Shown here: positions 24,511 through 37,721 of the stretch, in pieces | Numbering within the stretch: the first letter of the stretch is position 1 | Layout of the letters: each line of letters begins with the position of its first letter | Source of the DNA: Paragordius varius | Lineage: Eukaryota > Animalia > Nematomorpha | Direction: 5' to 3' | Length of the DNA: 64,000 nucleotides | NCBI GenBank assembly: GCA_964247055.1 | Contig: OZ176057.1 | Span: 2,108,001 to 2,172,000, forward strand | Notes under the pieces: generated by a model | The model's input: the letters and a program-made list of their open reading frames with translations, nothing else | Database searches by the model: none | Told to the model about the DNA's origin: nothing | Program-made: the position numbers and the translations under genes

Positions 24511-27500
24511 GTTTAAAGTTTTGGTAAAATTAGGGCAAAATTTAAGTAGATACCTTAAAATTTTTAGTATGAGAAGGCATCAAATGGTTAAATTGATGGT
24601 GTTATCCTTTATCCTAAAATAATTCACATATAAAATTATGGTATTTTCCAGAAGTTAATTTCATAATCCGTAGAACATATTCTTAAATAATTATGTATGT
24701 GATTTTTTTCAAGTATTAAAGGTAAATATTTGGAAAATTGTCGCATATTAATTTCATTTCAATCAAATATGGGAAAAAATGTATTGTATTTATTTTATAT
24801 ATAAAAATAAAATAAATACTATATTCTCATATATGTTTATATATAACACTGCTCAACAAGGTTTTGCACCACCCCATTATTTTTGCATTTTCTGATACCT
24901 AATGGCATGGAAAGGCCAAAACAAAAAAGAAAATTGAGGCCACCAATAGGATTTTTCCAAAATTTAATTTTTAAATTTGTATTTAATTCAAAAATAAAAA
25001 TCATTCCTCGTGTACATATGTTTAAATATTCAAACAAGCAAGTCGATACAAGTAATATTCCATGCAAGAATAACAAATTCTAGGCATTAAATAAGATACT
25101 AAACAAGCTAAGAGCCAAAGTATTAAAAATCTAAAAGGGGCTTATGTATAGTGTGATAGATATGGGCGGCTGCACAAGCTCTGCATATCCCCCAAGCGAT
25201 CCTACAACTATGCCAGATGGCAAAGATAACAATAAGTAATCTTAAAGAACTGTAAGAGAGACTTGCAAGCAAAATCCAGGCAAATTGACATGTCAAATTA
25301 ACCAATTTACAGAATAAAGTTAGATAAATTCTACAATTAAATTGAATATAAATTAGGTAAATACAAATGGTCCAACCCCATAACAGTAAATTCTACTAAA
25401 AGTGGCTACACAACATCCATCTGAAATAAAAAATACAAAACAACCAATAATTTTAAAAAAATAAGGTATATCCACTAGGTATAAATAAAGGATTTTTTAT
25501 AAGAACCAACTCAAGAGATAAAGTCTAATAAGTACTCGAAAGAACGAAATCTAACAAAAAAAATATAGCCTATCTGAAAGCCGAAGGTTTAAACCATAGA
25601 ATGTCTTTTTTAGTATTTTTTAAAAAAAATTTTATATGTGTTAAAAATTCACTTGAAAAAAAAGACTAAATTTTGACGTTTAAGTCCGTACTATTTTTTT
25701 CTGTCTGATATTTAAATGACATATTCATATTCAAAAGATAGAGTTTAAAACGCTTTATTAAATGATATTAAGTTTATAATATAATAACATTTTATTATAA
25801 AGTTAAATTTAATTTTCTCTCGATTTTCTCTTGTTTTTGAAAAATTGAAAAACCTATAAAATTTCAAAATTCTGATTGGCGGGATCAAAAAATTTTTTAA
25901 ATTCGGTTTTAAAACACTGAAATTAGTCATAATTTAAGAAGTTTGAGTGGTGGTGCTTAAAAATGCAAATTTGTCGACTAGTGTAATATTTGTAATCTTA
26001 CTAACAATTTTAATAAAAAAAGATAAGAAACAAATAGAAAATATGGCGTAATAAGATAATCGGACTATATTTTTACCATAATTTTTTTATAATATGCATG
26101 ATGACGTAATTTGCGTATGAAAATACATGATAACAGTTATGACTTAATCTGATTTTACAATTATAGTTTGGTCTCTTTAAAAATAACAAACCTTTAACAT
26201 TTTATTACCTTTTCACTTTTTCGGCCTATTTTACCTTTTGATGTAATTTATATCTCTTAGCTCAATTATGTAAATCTGCAGTTTTGATAGTTATTTTAGT
26301 TAAAATACAATTATCAAATACTCATGTTTTGGATAGAGAAACTTGATAACTGTAATAACAGTTATATAAGGCAAATGTAACCGAAAAGCTGGTTTTCATT
26401 CGAAAATACTTAAATTTTGCAGATTAAACGATTTACCGCCTAATTAGCCCGTATAATTAAATTTTTAAAAATATGAAATAAAAGCATTTTAAGGCATTTT
26501 GTATACCAAAACCATCGCATAATTTACAAAGCATTAAAAACATTTTTAATCTTATAAAAAAACATGTGTTAACTACTATAATTTTATTATATTTCCTATT
26601 ACGTGTATATTAATTAAGATATATATATATATATATTCAATATATATAAATTGGCCCGAAAACTATTTTAAAAACTACTTGAATACAATTTAATTCCCAA
26701 AAACATATTTTCCTTTGAAATTTTTTAAATAAATTTAAATTGAAATAGTATATTAATACAGGTATTTGTGCGCACTTGCATTGAAATTTCTTTTTTTACA
26801 TATAAATAAATTCAAAGATTAATTTTTTATTACAAAATTATATATTTTTCTCAATTTTTAAATATAAATATTGAAACGGTCTCTAATCGTCTCCTACCTA
26901 ATATCTACATATTTAGGAAATTAATCATATTAGTAATTAAAAATCATTATTAATTTGTTTTAAATAATTTTCATATGGATAAACATTTTGCGTTTCGTAA
27001 AAAACTAAAAATACCATAAAACTTTTAATTTACCATATGCTTAATATTTTGGACATAATAAATATTATTATTATGATATTATTGTTATGAGAATATTTTT
27101 TAATTTGGTATTAATTATATACTAAAAATAAAGTCAAATAAATCAAATCGCATCCGTTTATGTTATATAAATATAAAAAAAGAAGAAAACTTGATGGCCT
27201 TCAAAATCTTACAAGCGGAACTGTTTTAAAATATATAAAACAAAACAAATAAAACCAAAAAAATTTAATTTACAAAATTATTTATTCATTACAAATTATT
27301 ATTATATTTTTTCGACCAAAAAAATTAATGATGTGCAAAAATGTGCCATTAAATCCAAACATTAAAATGCCATTGATTGGATGTATGTCAATATATATAA
27401 TATTTTTTACAAATTTTATTTCACAATATAATTTTTTAGTTTGATATTTTATTGTAATCGTTTCAATGTTTGTGAATATATGATAGTTGGAACTTGGATG

Positions 27501-27592
27501 ATAGAAAATGGCCAGGTGATACATAAAGTATTGGATTCCGCTCTTGAAGCCGGCTACCGAGCCATTGATAAAGTTTATTTAGAATAAGGATA

Positions 27593-27940
27593 TACCATTT
27601 ACACTTCAAATTCATCATTGAATAATTCATATTCACCTTTACACAATTTAAATTCACCCTTAATACATTCAAATTCACCCTTGAATAATTCAAATCACCT
27701 TTAAAAATTCATATTTCCCCATAAAAAAGTGTTAAATATTAAAAGTTATATAAATTTTTTGTATTTGTTAAAAAATTAAATTTTGTTTAAAATTAACATA
27801 TACTGAAAAAATAATAATCTTTCCAATAAAGAAATAATTTATATCACTGATGATGAGTTATATTAGCCCGAAAACAGATAATATATTTTTAGGATGAATT
27901 TGAATTGTTCATCTAGGGTGAATTTGAGTTGGAAATGGTA
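27593..27940. mobile_element. TACCATTT-ended MITE, subfamily A, in AKR intron 2
   Basis: Inverted ends taccatttacacttcaaattca and tgaatttgagttggaaatggta; ~21-bp subterminal repeats. Confidence 0.75.
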
Positions 27941-29476
27941 TGCCTAAAACTATCTCACAAAACTCTTTAAATAAAATAATGAGGGCTAATTTACACCAAT
28001 CTCAATAATTGTTTTAACTTGAACCCAATATTACCATATCATATTAATACATCAAATTAAGATATTTTTGATAGATAAATATATATTTTCCATTGGTTAG
28101 AAAAGTAATTACATGCTTTATAATTCCAGGTTGAACATTTTGTTGAGTCAATCACATGCATTTTTAAAGATAAAATAGCATCTCTAACAAACGTAATGGT
28201 AAGTTATTATTTGCAATGAATAGGTAAATATAGCTAATATTAAACGAATATTTAACTTTTATTGTGACATTTTCCGGTAACTTAAATCTAAATGCAGCAG
28301 GTTTTATTTTTAACGTTACTGACCCCCTTAAATCTTTTATTCAACACTTATAATGCTCAATTTTAAGTTGATAGTAGATGAATGAATCATTAATTAACTA
28401 TAAATATGTTTTATGGTTTGCTTGTCATAAAAAGCATGAAAAGCTGTATTCTTAATATTTGTAGAGAACTTTGTATGTGTCATTCGCTGGATATAATTTT
28501 GTGGGATTTTTTGAAATGAAATTGCGGTACAGTTTTCTAAACCAAGCAGAGTTCCGGTTGTTTAATGGTTATAAAAAATAAATTTTTATTATGATTTTTA
28601 ACAAAAATGATCTTCTACTGGGATCGGAAAAAGGATCGTTTTAGGCTTGTTCTTCCACTATTTTTGCTTCTGAATAATTGTTAAACATATCAAAAACTGT
28701 TTAAACTGAATGTTACGGTTCAAAATTCGAAATGCTCTTTTTTTGAAAAATCAATTATTTACAATTTATAGTATTTATTTAAACTAAAAGATAAAATACA
28801 CATATTATGTGCCATACTTTTTGCGGTAGTTTTGCGACCTAGATCAATTTTATAGAACATCATATAGAGGTAATATGATATTGTCAAATATAAAAATATG
28901 CCTTTTTAGCCTTCGCATGATTAAAATTTTATTTTTTAAAAATGTAAAAATGTCAGGATATCCTTCTTTTAAACTTTCACATTGTCATTTGAATTTAGGT
29001 ATATAATTTATAAAGCTTAAAATTGCAATTTAGCACCCAATTTTTTTAATTATTGATTTAATTCAACTGTTTTTTTGCATTAAGTTTTGGAGGTATTCCT
29101 ATATGGACTCTAATAGTAAAACACTGTAAAAATAATTCTATCTAATATTAAAGAATAACGTTTGATAGTTAATATACTGAGCACAAAATTACCCCAAAAT
29201 GTAATCATTAAATAAAATGAATAGGTAACGAACTTATTATTCTATAAAATATTTTATATATACATTTAAATAAAATTCTAACTAATTTATAAATATAATG
29301 GGAATCTTTGTTTAAGTCTCGAAATCAATTTGAAATTAAGTTTTTTACCAGTTTTTGTGAAGGAAAAAAAGGATTTTGGATTCATACACTGTTATATTTA
29401 TATTATATTATATTTGTGCCATGGAGGAAAATTTTATATGGGTTAAAGAAACATACAAATAATATTTATAGTTTAC

Positions 29477-30612
29477 TAGGGGTATTTATGAGATTTTACC
29501 GGTTTTTAGGTAAAAATACATGTTATTTTGATATAAATTAATTATTTATTTATTCAAAATATTCTACACCCGATTCGACATTTCTCTCATATCTCATAAA
29601 TGAATGTCGGGCAAATGATTGACTTTTGCAGCTAACCATTCGTTAAGCCATTTTCCCGTCTTCGAAAATATTGAAATGTTGTTCTGCGAGGTTCCCCATT
29701 GATGCTGCATTATTCAGATGGAACGGGTCAGAAGAGTTCAGGGAAAAATTCAAAAGTGCGATCAAGGTGTCATTTGCTGTGAGAAACGAGCATTTTCTAG
29801 CGAAATCGTTTTGCCATGTTTTTGGCTCATTTCAGTTGTTTTTCGATTAATACATGGTCGTCATGTATTTGTTAACTATAGTGTAAAATTTCACGGGACT
29901 TTAAAACTTTAATTTACAATACCAATCTGGTCCCTCAAACACAGTCATGATTTTACTGAAGCGATTTGGCATTATGGATTGACAGGCTTGGCAAGATGAA
30001 AGCCACGATTTTTCCCCTTTGAATTACAAAATAAATAATTACTCATCAGTCGCGATCCGATGAAAAAATTATTTATTTTCGTGACGCTGAAGCATGATTT
30101 AAGTCACTTTAAGATTTTTGATTTGACGTTCATTCGAATTGAAGACCTATTTATCAAGTTTGTTGGGTTTTCCCATTCTCGCAGACATATTTTGATTGTT
30201 TTTTTGCGATAAATGTAATGCCTCTGCTAATTGTTGTCAGTTTTGAGTTGGGTCATCATCAATAATTCTTGTACTTGTTCGCAGTTGTGTTGCCAAAGGC
30301 ATTCTTTTACATGAAATCACAACTTATTATTTATAAACTTTTCACGTGTGTCAATCGATAGAGCAAGTTTACTATATGTTTCTACTACCAAACGATAACT
30401 TTTAACAGTCTATTTCTTTTGATGGTGAAGTGTGCCGAAATTTCAGGAAAATTCGCCATGAATTAACGATAAAAATTAGTCGTTACAGTAAGCTCGATTT
30501 GGGTAGTTTGACGATTAATGTTAGATGAACGAAATGGGGTATGCAACCAATTATTCGTCTGCGAACTTATCTCTGACGTCTTCTCGTAAAACCGGTAAGA
30601 ACTTATAAAGAA
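29477..30612 (-). mobile_element. Duplicated copy of the mariner relic
   Basis: Near-identical to 875-2000. Confidence 0.85.
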
Positions 30613-31098
30613 TGAATTTTTCGGATAAATTCTAAAAATATGTGTAAAACCGAAATCCACTAAAATGGCAGCTCGATCTATGGTATTGTTTAGACATGAA
30701 ATAGTATAAGACATTGTAGTCTTTTAAACATTGAAAGAGCTTAACATTATTGTTATATTTAACCATAGATCTTAATTATAAAGTATTAAACAAAATTTAA
30801 TTTAGATACAGCTCAAAACTATGGTAATGAGAGTTTTATTGGCATGAGTTTAGAAAAATTGTTGGCCAAGCACAACCTCAAACGTGAGGACGTTTTTATT
30901 ACATCCAAATTAGGTAACACTGATTGAAACAAACTGTTATATATATCAATTGGTTTAATAAATAAAATCAAAGGATTTTTATATTTAATTAATTTTTTTA
31001 CCATATTTTTTCATTCATAATTCCATAAATATTAATAGTTCAAGAATCATGTAAAATTACATAAACCAAATTAATATATATGACTTAAGTTCTAATAA

Positions 31099-32222
31099 CA
31101 CTAGACAACAAATTTTAACTTATTTTAACTGCCATTCTTGTAAATTTGAAATTTATTTCATTAAAGTACATAATTAGTATATCTGAAAAGAAAATTGGTC
31201 TTACATGGAAGAATTTTTTTATATTAGAGTTTATAGATAATTTTTGGCCCCGATTTAACATTAAACTCGAAATTTCGAAAATTTAAAGTTTTAGATATGA
31301 AGCCATGTATTTTATATCATTCGAAAGAGCGCAAAAAACTGCATCTTTTAAATGGTAGTAAGTCATTTAAATCAATCGGATGTAAAAGTTATTTGGATTT
31401 AAATAGTCAAAATTTTCAATCCTTAAATAAGTCAAGAATTTTCACAGACAAACTAATTTGAATATCATATAAATTATTTTAATATAATTATTAGGGTTAT
31501 ATTGGTATTTAATTTAAAAAAAATGTTTGGAAAAGCTTTTGGTTTGCTTTTTTAATAAAAATTATTATTATTATAAATATTATACCTAGTGGATACTAAA
31601 ATGCATAGTTATAACTGTAAATTTATTACATAATGACTATAAAAGATCAAAAATACCTTAAACTTTGTTTTTATCTTTAAATTTTTGAAATTATCAGCCT
31701 TGTAAAGAAAATAAATTAATATTGATGAGATGGTAATTTTTAAAAAACAAAAAACTTAAAAATGGCTGTTTTGAGTGAGATAAAAGCAATAAAAAATGTT
31801 TTAATCAAAAAAAACTTTCTTGTGTTATCTTTTTTGGGCATTCATCTCCATCTAAACAAAGTTTGAGCTATTTTCATCCATTAGTTTTAAAAATATAAGA
31901 ATTAAAAAAAATGCTCTCGCTTCGCGCGTTTGTCGCTCTTTGTGTCCAATATTAACTGTCGATGTAATACATATTGGTATACATTTTATAGAGTTTTCAA
32001 TACTCTTTCGAATGATATATTACAAATGGGCATTACTTGTATATTTTCAAAGAAATACATTTTTTAGTAAAATTTTGATAAAGGGGCGCATAATCAAAAA
32101 AATCAAATTATACAAAATTCTTTCAACGAGTTATAATTTTTATTTCAGATTTACTGTTAAAATGATATTAAATATCAAAAAATGCAAAAAACTCGAATGG
32201 CAGAAAAATTTGTTGTCTAGTG
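31099..32222. mobile_element. Non-autonomous CACTA/Chapaev-like (CMC) DNA transposon, 1124 bp, in AKR intron 3
   Basis: 18-bp perfect TIR cactagacaacaaatttt and 3-bp TSD taa. The exact empty site (ttctaa-taa-tgaat) is at ~2470 in copy 1. No ORF. Confidence 0.92.
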
Positions 32223-35200
32223 TAATGAATAAGTTTGATTCAATATTTTTTTTTAATTTTAGACAGTTTGAATCATGGTGAAAAGGCATCCAAATCTATT
32301 GAACAATCACTAAGGGCATTAAGAATGGATTACATTGATTTATTTTTGATACATTGGCCCGGAATCGAGGTACTAGATCCTTTCGACAAGAAAAACGCCG
32401 AAGTTCGCAGAATCAGCTGGAACATTTTAGAAAAGGTGTTTCCAATTATCACATTAAGCACCTAAAACCTGTGCTGGATGATGGCTCAATAACAATAAAG
32501 CCTGTAGTAAATCAATGTGAATTCCACCCATACCTGTTTGATAAAAAGTTATTGGATTACTGTAAATCCCATAACATACAATTTCAATCTTATTCCACGC
32601 TTGGTTCACTTAGAGGAAACAAATACCTACTAGCCGATTCCCAAATTACCCTCATAGCTCAAAAATATGGCGCAACAGCTTCCCAAATAATCCTGAAATG
32701 GGCTTTACAACACGGGGTCGCTATCATACCAAAATCTACTCAGATAAATCATATTCGGGAAAATATTCAACTAAATCATTTTACATTAGACGATAAGGAT
32801 ATGCAGGACATAAATAATTTAAATAAAAATAAACGGTGGTGTTGGGATCCAACTCCTATACTTTAATTATATAATTAAACTTACCAACTAACAGAATACT
32901 AGAGAATGTTAGGGGTTACGTTGCAGATTAGGAAATAATAATAAAAAACTTATAACCAATGGGCTGTAATTTTAGAAATTTATGTAATAAATTATGAGTA
33001 AAAACGGCTTTTGAAACAGAAAATTCTTTCTTGTGATTTGATAATCTAAAAAAAATAAGAGTCTCAAATTCAGAATATATTTTCAAAATAAAATGGTTTC
33101 AAATTTTGTATATGGAGGTAAACCGTGGTAGTTTTAACTGAAGCGAAATGCCTAATTTATGTAAAGCTTTTTTATTTTTGATAAAAAATAATTAATTCTG
33201 TAATCAAGGATGGAGAATCAAAATATAATTTTTTTGATGAATTTCACATATACTATATCTATATATATAGATAGTATAATAAGATGGATTTTTAATATAT
33301 AAAATATAGTATTGTAATGTTTTATAAATAAAATCATATTTTTTTCTTCTCAGCTACCGAAGGGGTTTTCCACATGTTTTCAAACCAAAAATTGTGTTTG
33401 AAAATATATTCAAACCTTAGCAATATCATCACTCTTGATATTATTTCTTTGCTTTATTTTATTTTCGAAGCCTAATGAACAAATTGCTGAGTTTAAATCA
33501 TATTTTTTGTAAACAACTGAATGAAAATTATTTATTATTATATGCAACGTGACTATAATTTTTTTAGTATTCTGAAATCTGGTTAGTTTATTTATCCAAA
33601 ATTACACTGACCTAAATTTGGAACAATACAATTTACAGATAAATGATAATAATACATATTTGTTTGTTTTATTTAATAAGGCTTAATCTAAATTTAGTAG
33701 TAACGATGAATTTATATATTGCAGATTTGCTAAAATTATTTTATTTTGAATATTTACGCAAAAAACAGTATGAACTAATCTTTCAACAAAGTGCAAGTAT
33801 TATATTTATGATTATTAAAATTTGGTTTTTAACCATAGTGAAATGGAATATGTGGAAAAAGCAAATTTATAAGACCAAAAAATCCAATAATGGTTTTAAG
33901 AAATAATGGTTTTAAGATTTGGGGCAAAAGAATTCTAGTTATCATTTTGATGAGCAGTTAGGTAAATCTCCATCTTCTGTAAAATGCCTTACCAAAGGTG
34001 GTTTCAAATCTAAACTTCAGATTATTAAACAGATTAATAAAGGTTTTAATTTATTTTCTAAAGGCAAAACTTAATTTTAATGCCTTTTTAATTTGCTGGG
34101 TAAGGCATAACACCTTTTTAAAAGAAGCTACCAAGTACACATAACTAGCTTTGAAGCCAAATACCAAAAAATATGGGCTCAATGGGAGTTTAACTCTAAT
34201 TTATATAACAATGCATTTATGTTTCCATTGATTAATTTTAATTAATTTGTGGAATCATATTTTAATTAAAGTAATTATTTTTTTTACATAGAGGAAAATA
34301 TCCGAATGCGTATCCGTTTTTAAAATAAATAATGTGGTACAGTGGTTCCCACCCAACCTTTTTTGTTCACGCCCAACCCACTTCAAAAAAATTCTCCTGC
34401 TCCCGAGAGCACAAAGATAAAAATGCGAAATTTATTAAAATATAAAAAAATCAAAATCAATGGGGTCCTTGATTTGCGATTGTTGAAATATTTTTTTTCC
34501 ATATCAGGGACAAATCTTGAAATTTGGTCATGAAATCCTAAATAACCTTTGATTTGTTTTTAGATTTATAATTAAGGCATGAGAATCCAATACTACATAA
34601 ATACGGTGTTCCAATGTACGCAAGGCAATTTGAGATAATTTGGTGTTAATTATGCACTTTTCTTATAACTAGCAAAGTGATTTTATATTTGAATTATATT
34701 TCAACTCAAGTGCCTCTTACTGTAATTCTATCGAAAGAGTGATTACATCAACTCTTAGTGGATAAATTATTAAGCTAACGAATATTTATTTATTTAAACC
34801 AGTAAAAGAAAATAAATAAATAAATATATGTGAATTTAAAAATCTAACAATGATTACTTCACAATACATATAATATAAATTACATAATAAATGAGCCAAT
34901 TATCAATTAATGATTTATATTTATTAACATATATTTAAGGTTGTTTCTCCAAATTTGACGCGCCCCCTAGATCTTTCTATGCGCCCTTGGAAACCAATGA
35001 CTTTAGAAAGTTTATAAACACTTTCTCCAATTAGATTTTTACCCCATTTCTATTATCTTATTTTAATAAAACATTTGTTCGTCTTTAAATATGTACAGTG
35101 TCCACAAAAAATAACCTCATGAAATATATGTATGATAGGGAAATGTATCATAAATATAATGTTACTTTTGGTTTTCGCCTTACGACTGATATAAGAGAGT

Positions 35201-37721
35201 TTTTTACACTTTTGTGGTAAAGGCTCCATATCAGAAAATGGTAAAATTTACGCATATTTTATAAATAATATTTTTTAGGTGGAAGCTAAATGCTCATTTC
35301 AAAAAAATTTCAGTAAAATATATCATAAACTACATATAAGCAATTTTTTCAAAAAAATTGTGGGCTCCAAAAGTCCCAATATTTTTCGCTCTTCAAAAAT
35401 GGGCTCGTTCTCCCAAAACAACCGAAAAAATTCTGGGATTGCGCGATAAAATTATAAAATATACTAATTATTACATGAAAATAATATATTTTAAGAAAAT
35501 GCATACTTTATACGATAATTTAATTTTCATCTTAGAGCGTACTTTCTATTTCCAGGCAGGATGAAAACGGTATAAAAATGTTTTTTAATATTATAAAAAA
35601 ACTTTTGTAATGATGATTTCTATCGCTCAAGAATATTATTTTAAGATTTTACTTCTAAATTTCGGTAAATATCTGTAATAAAACACAAATAATATTTAAA
35701 ATTTGAAGTCGATCGAATATTTTAATCAAGATTCCGAGGTGAAGAAATGTTCAGCATCATTTAATTATAAATAAAACATATCTTTTAAGGGTTAAAGCGT
35801 TTTTATACCGTTTTTATCACGCCTCTAATATGAACTGCTTTACTAAATTTTCGAATTATTTTGAAATGCATTCTTAAAAATATTTTTATTTAATATCAAA
35901 AAGCATATTACTTTTATCGCTAAATCCCGGCATTTTTTCCTTTATTATGGGTGAATTTCGAACTATGTGTATTTTATGAAAAACATATTTCATTTTTTTG
36001 AGGACAAAATCTAATTTATAAGAGATAAAGATCAACATCCTTTTACTATTTGAATAATTATTTAGATTTAAAAGCGTACCTCAACAAGGCTCTAAAATCG
36101 CATAAGATAAAAAATTGCATTAAATTTTAAATCAAATTATGATTTTTTAAAACATTCCTGATTACATTATGCATTTTAATGGTTTCTTATTTCACACAAT
36201 ACTAGGGTAATTTGCAACACAGTAGTGTATGGAAAAAGGAAAGGAAATAATTGTTTATTCAACATTTTGTTGTTTTTTTCCATACGCTACTGTGTTGCAA
36301 ATCGACCAATTATAGTAATAAAAGTTTTATTGAGCAAGCCATGATTGCGTTTATTTTAAGTAACTAACTTTTTTAGAGGTAAAACAACTTTCAGAGCCTA
36401 GGTCTAAACTTAATTTGTAATTTTTTAGTTTTTAAATATAGTTTATGATATAGATTATTGTATTCTTTGGAAGCTAGCTTAAATTAAAATAATAATAATA
36501 ATAAAGCATGATATGCGCTAAATTTGTGATTTTTATGGACCACATATCGCTATAAGTAATGATATTTATCTAAATACTTTAAGCTCTTGAAACAAATGCC
36601 CCTTACACTGCATCCAAAATCGGGGGTATAAAAAATAACCTGATAAATATATAATCTGTTAGAATAATGTATCAGAATTATCATAATGCTTGTGCTGGCC
36701 CTGAATGAATTAAGAAAGTTATTTACACTTTTGTGGTAAGTGCTCGATATCTGAAAATGGCAAATTTAGACATAATTTTTTAAATAAAATTATTTAGGTG
36801 AAAGCTAGAGGATTTATTCGAGAAAATATCACTAAAATAAAACTATACATATAAACAGGAATATATTTTCAAAAAATCTAATTTTTAGATGTGGACTCCA
36901 ACCTACTTTTTTTGCTCTTATAAGTGATGGGATACAATTTGAGGCATATTACTCTCTGGGTTCAGCCGAAGGATTTAAATAGCTTATTCCAACTATTAAA
37001 TCAATAGCCGATAAGCTTAAAGTTACAACGGCAAAAGTATTATCTAACGTGGAAAATGTTTAACACAGGGGTGTCCAACACAAATGGCTAGAAGAGCCAC
37101 CTTTTCGACCTCAAAATTCCAAAGTGGTTTATGAAATAAATTTATTATATTAACATATAGATGTGCTAATTTTCATATCAAAAAGAAAATAAACAGTATA
37201 AATATAATATTGCTTTGTTAATTAAATTATATCAATGTGTAAAAAAAAAGATAAAAATATTTGGATATGGTAAACTTATTGCATTTCGATAATATGACTA
37301 GAGTAGACTGTGGCAAATTTAATCACCAAAATTTAACCTTTTATTATCTAATAAAAATAAAAGAAATAAATATAATTGCATAATTAAATTTTTAATGGGA
37401 TATTTGTAATTTTTTTGATTAATTTATTCAGACTCATACTAAATAAAAGTTATAAAAGACAATAATTTTTTTCTATAAATGATATTTAATAAAAGTCATT
37501 GTTTTAAGTTTAAATTAGGGAATAAGAATGTAAATAGCTCCCATACTTAATTATATATATTTCATTGTTAAAAATTAGTTTATGTGGAAAATATCAAGGT
37601 ATGAAAAATTATATTTAAAAAAAGATATTTGTCTTTATATTTATACATTTTGTCCTGTATGAATTCCATTTTAACTGTATGGTTTTTATTCCAAAATATT
37701 AACTGAAAATAATTTTATATA

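Larger units (their letters stand above)
27328..32866 (+). pseudogene. Aldo-keto reductase copy 2 (exons 27328-27382, 27487-27567, 30806-30913, 32263-32866), disrupted
   Basis: Spliced translation MMCKNVPLNPNIKMPLIGF-GTW...ALEAGYRAI-DTAQNYGNE...TSKL-DSLNHG...HWP...RWCWDP. The catalytic Asp/Tyr/Lys/His are present, and the consensus of the two copies is 292 aa. Lesions: 31-nt frameshifting deletion at 32435/32436, and the intron 2 donor reads AT (27568-27569) instead of GT. Confidence 0.9.

Noticed and set aside
27568-30805. U12-type AT-AC intron
   Set aside because: The donor lacks ATATCCT and the acceptor is AG.
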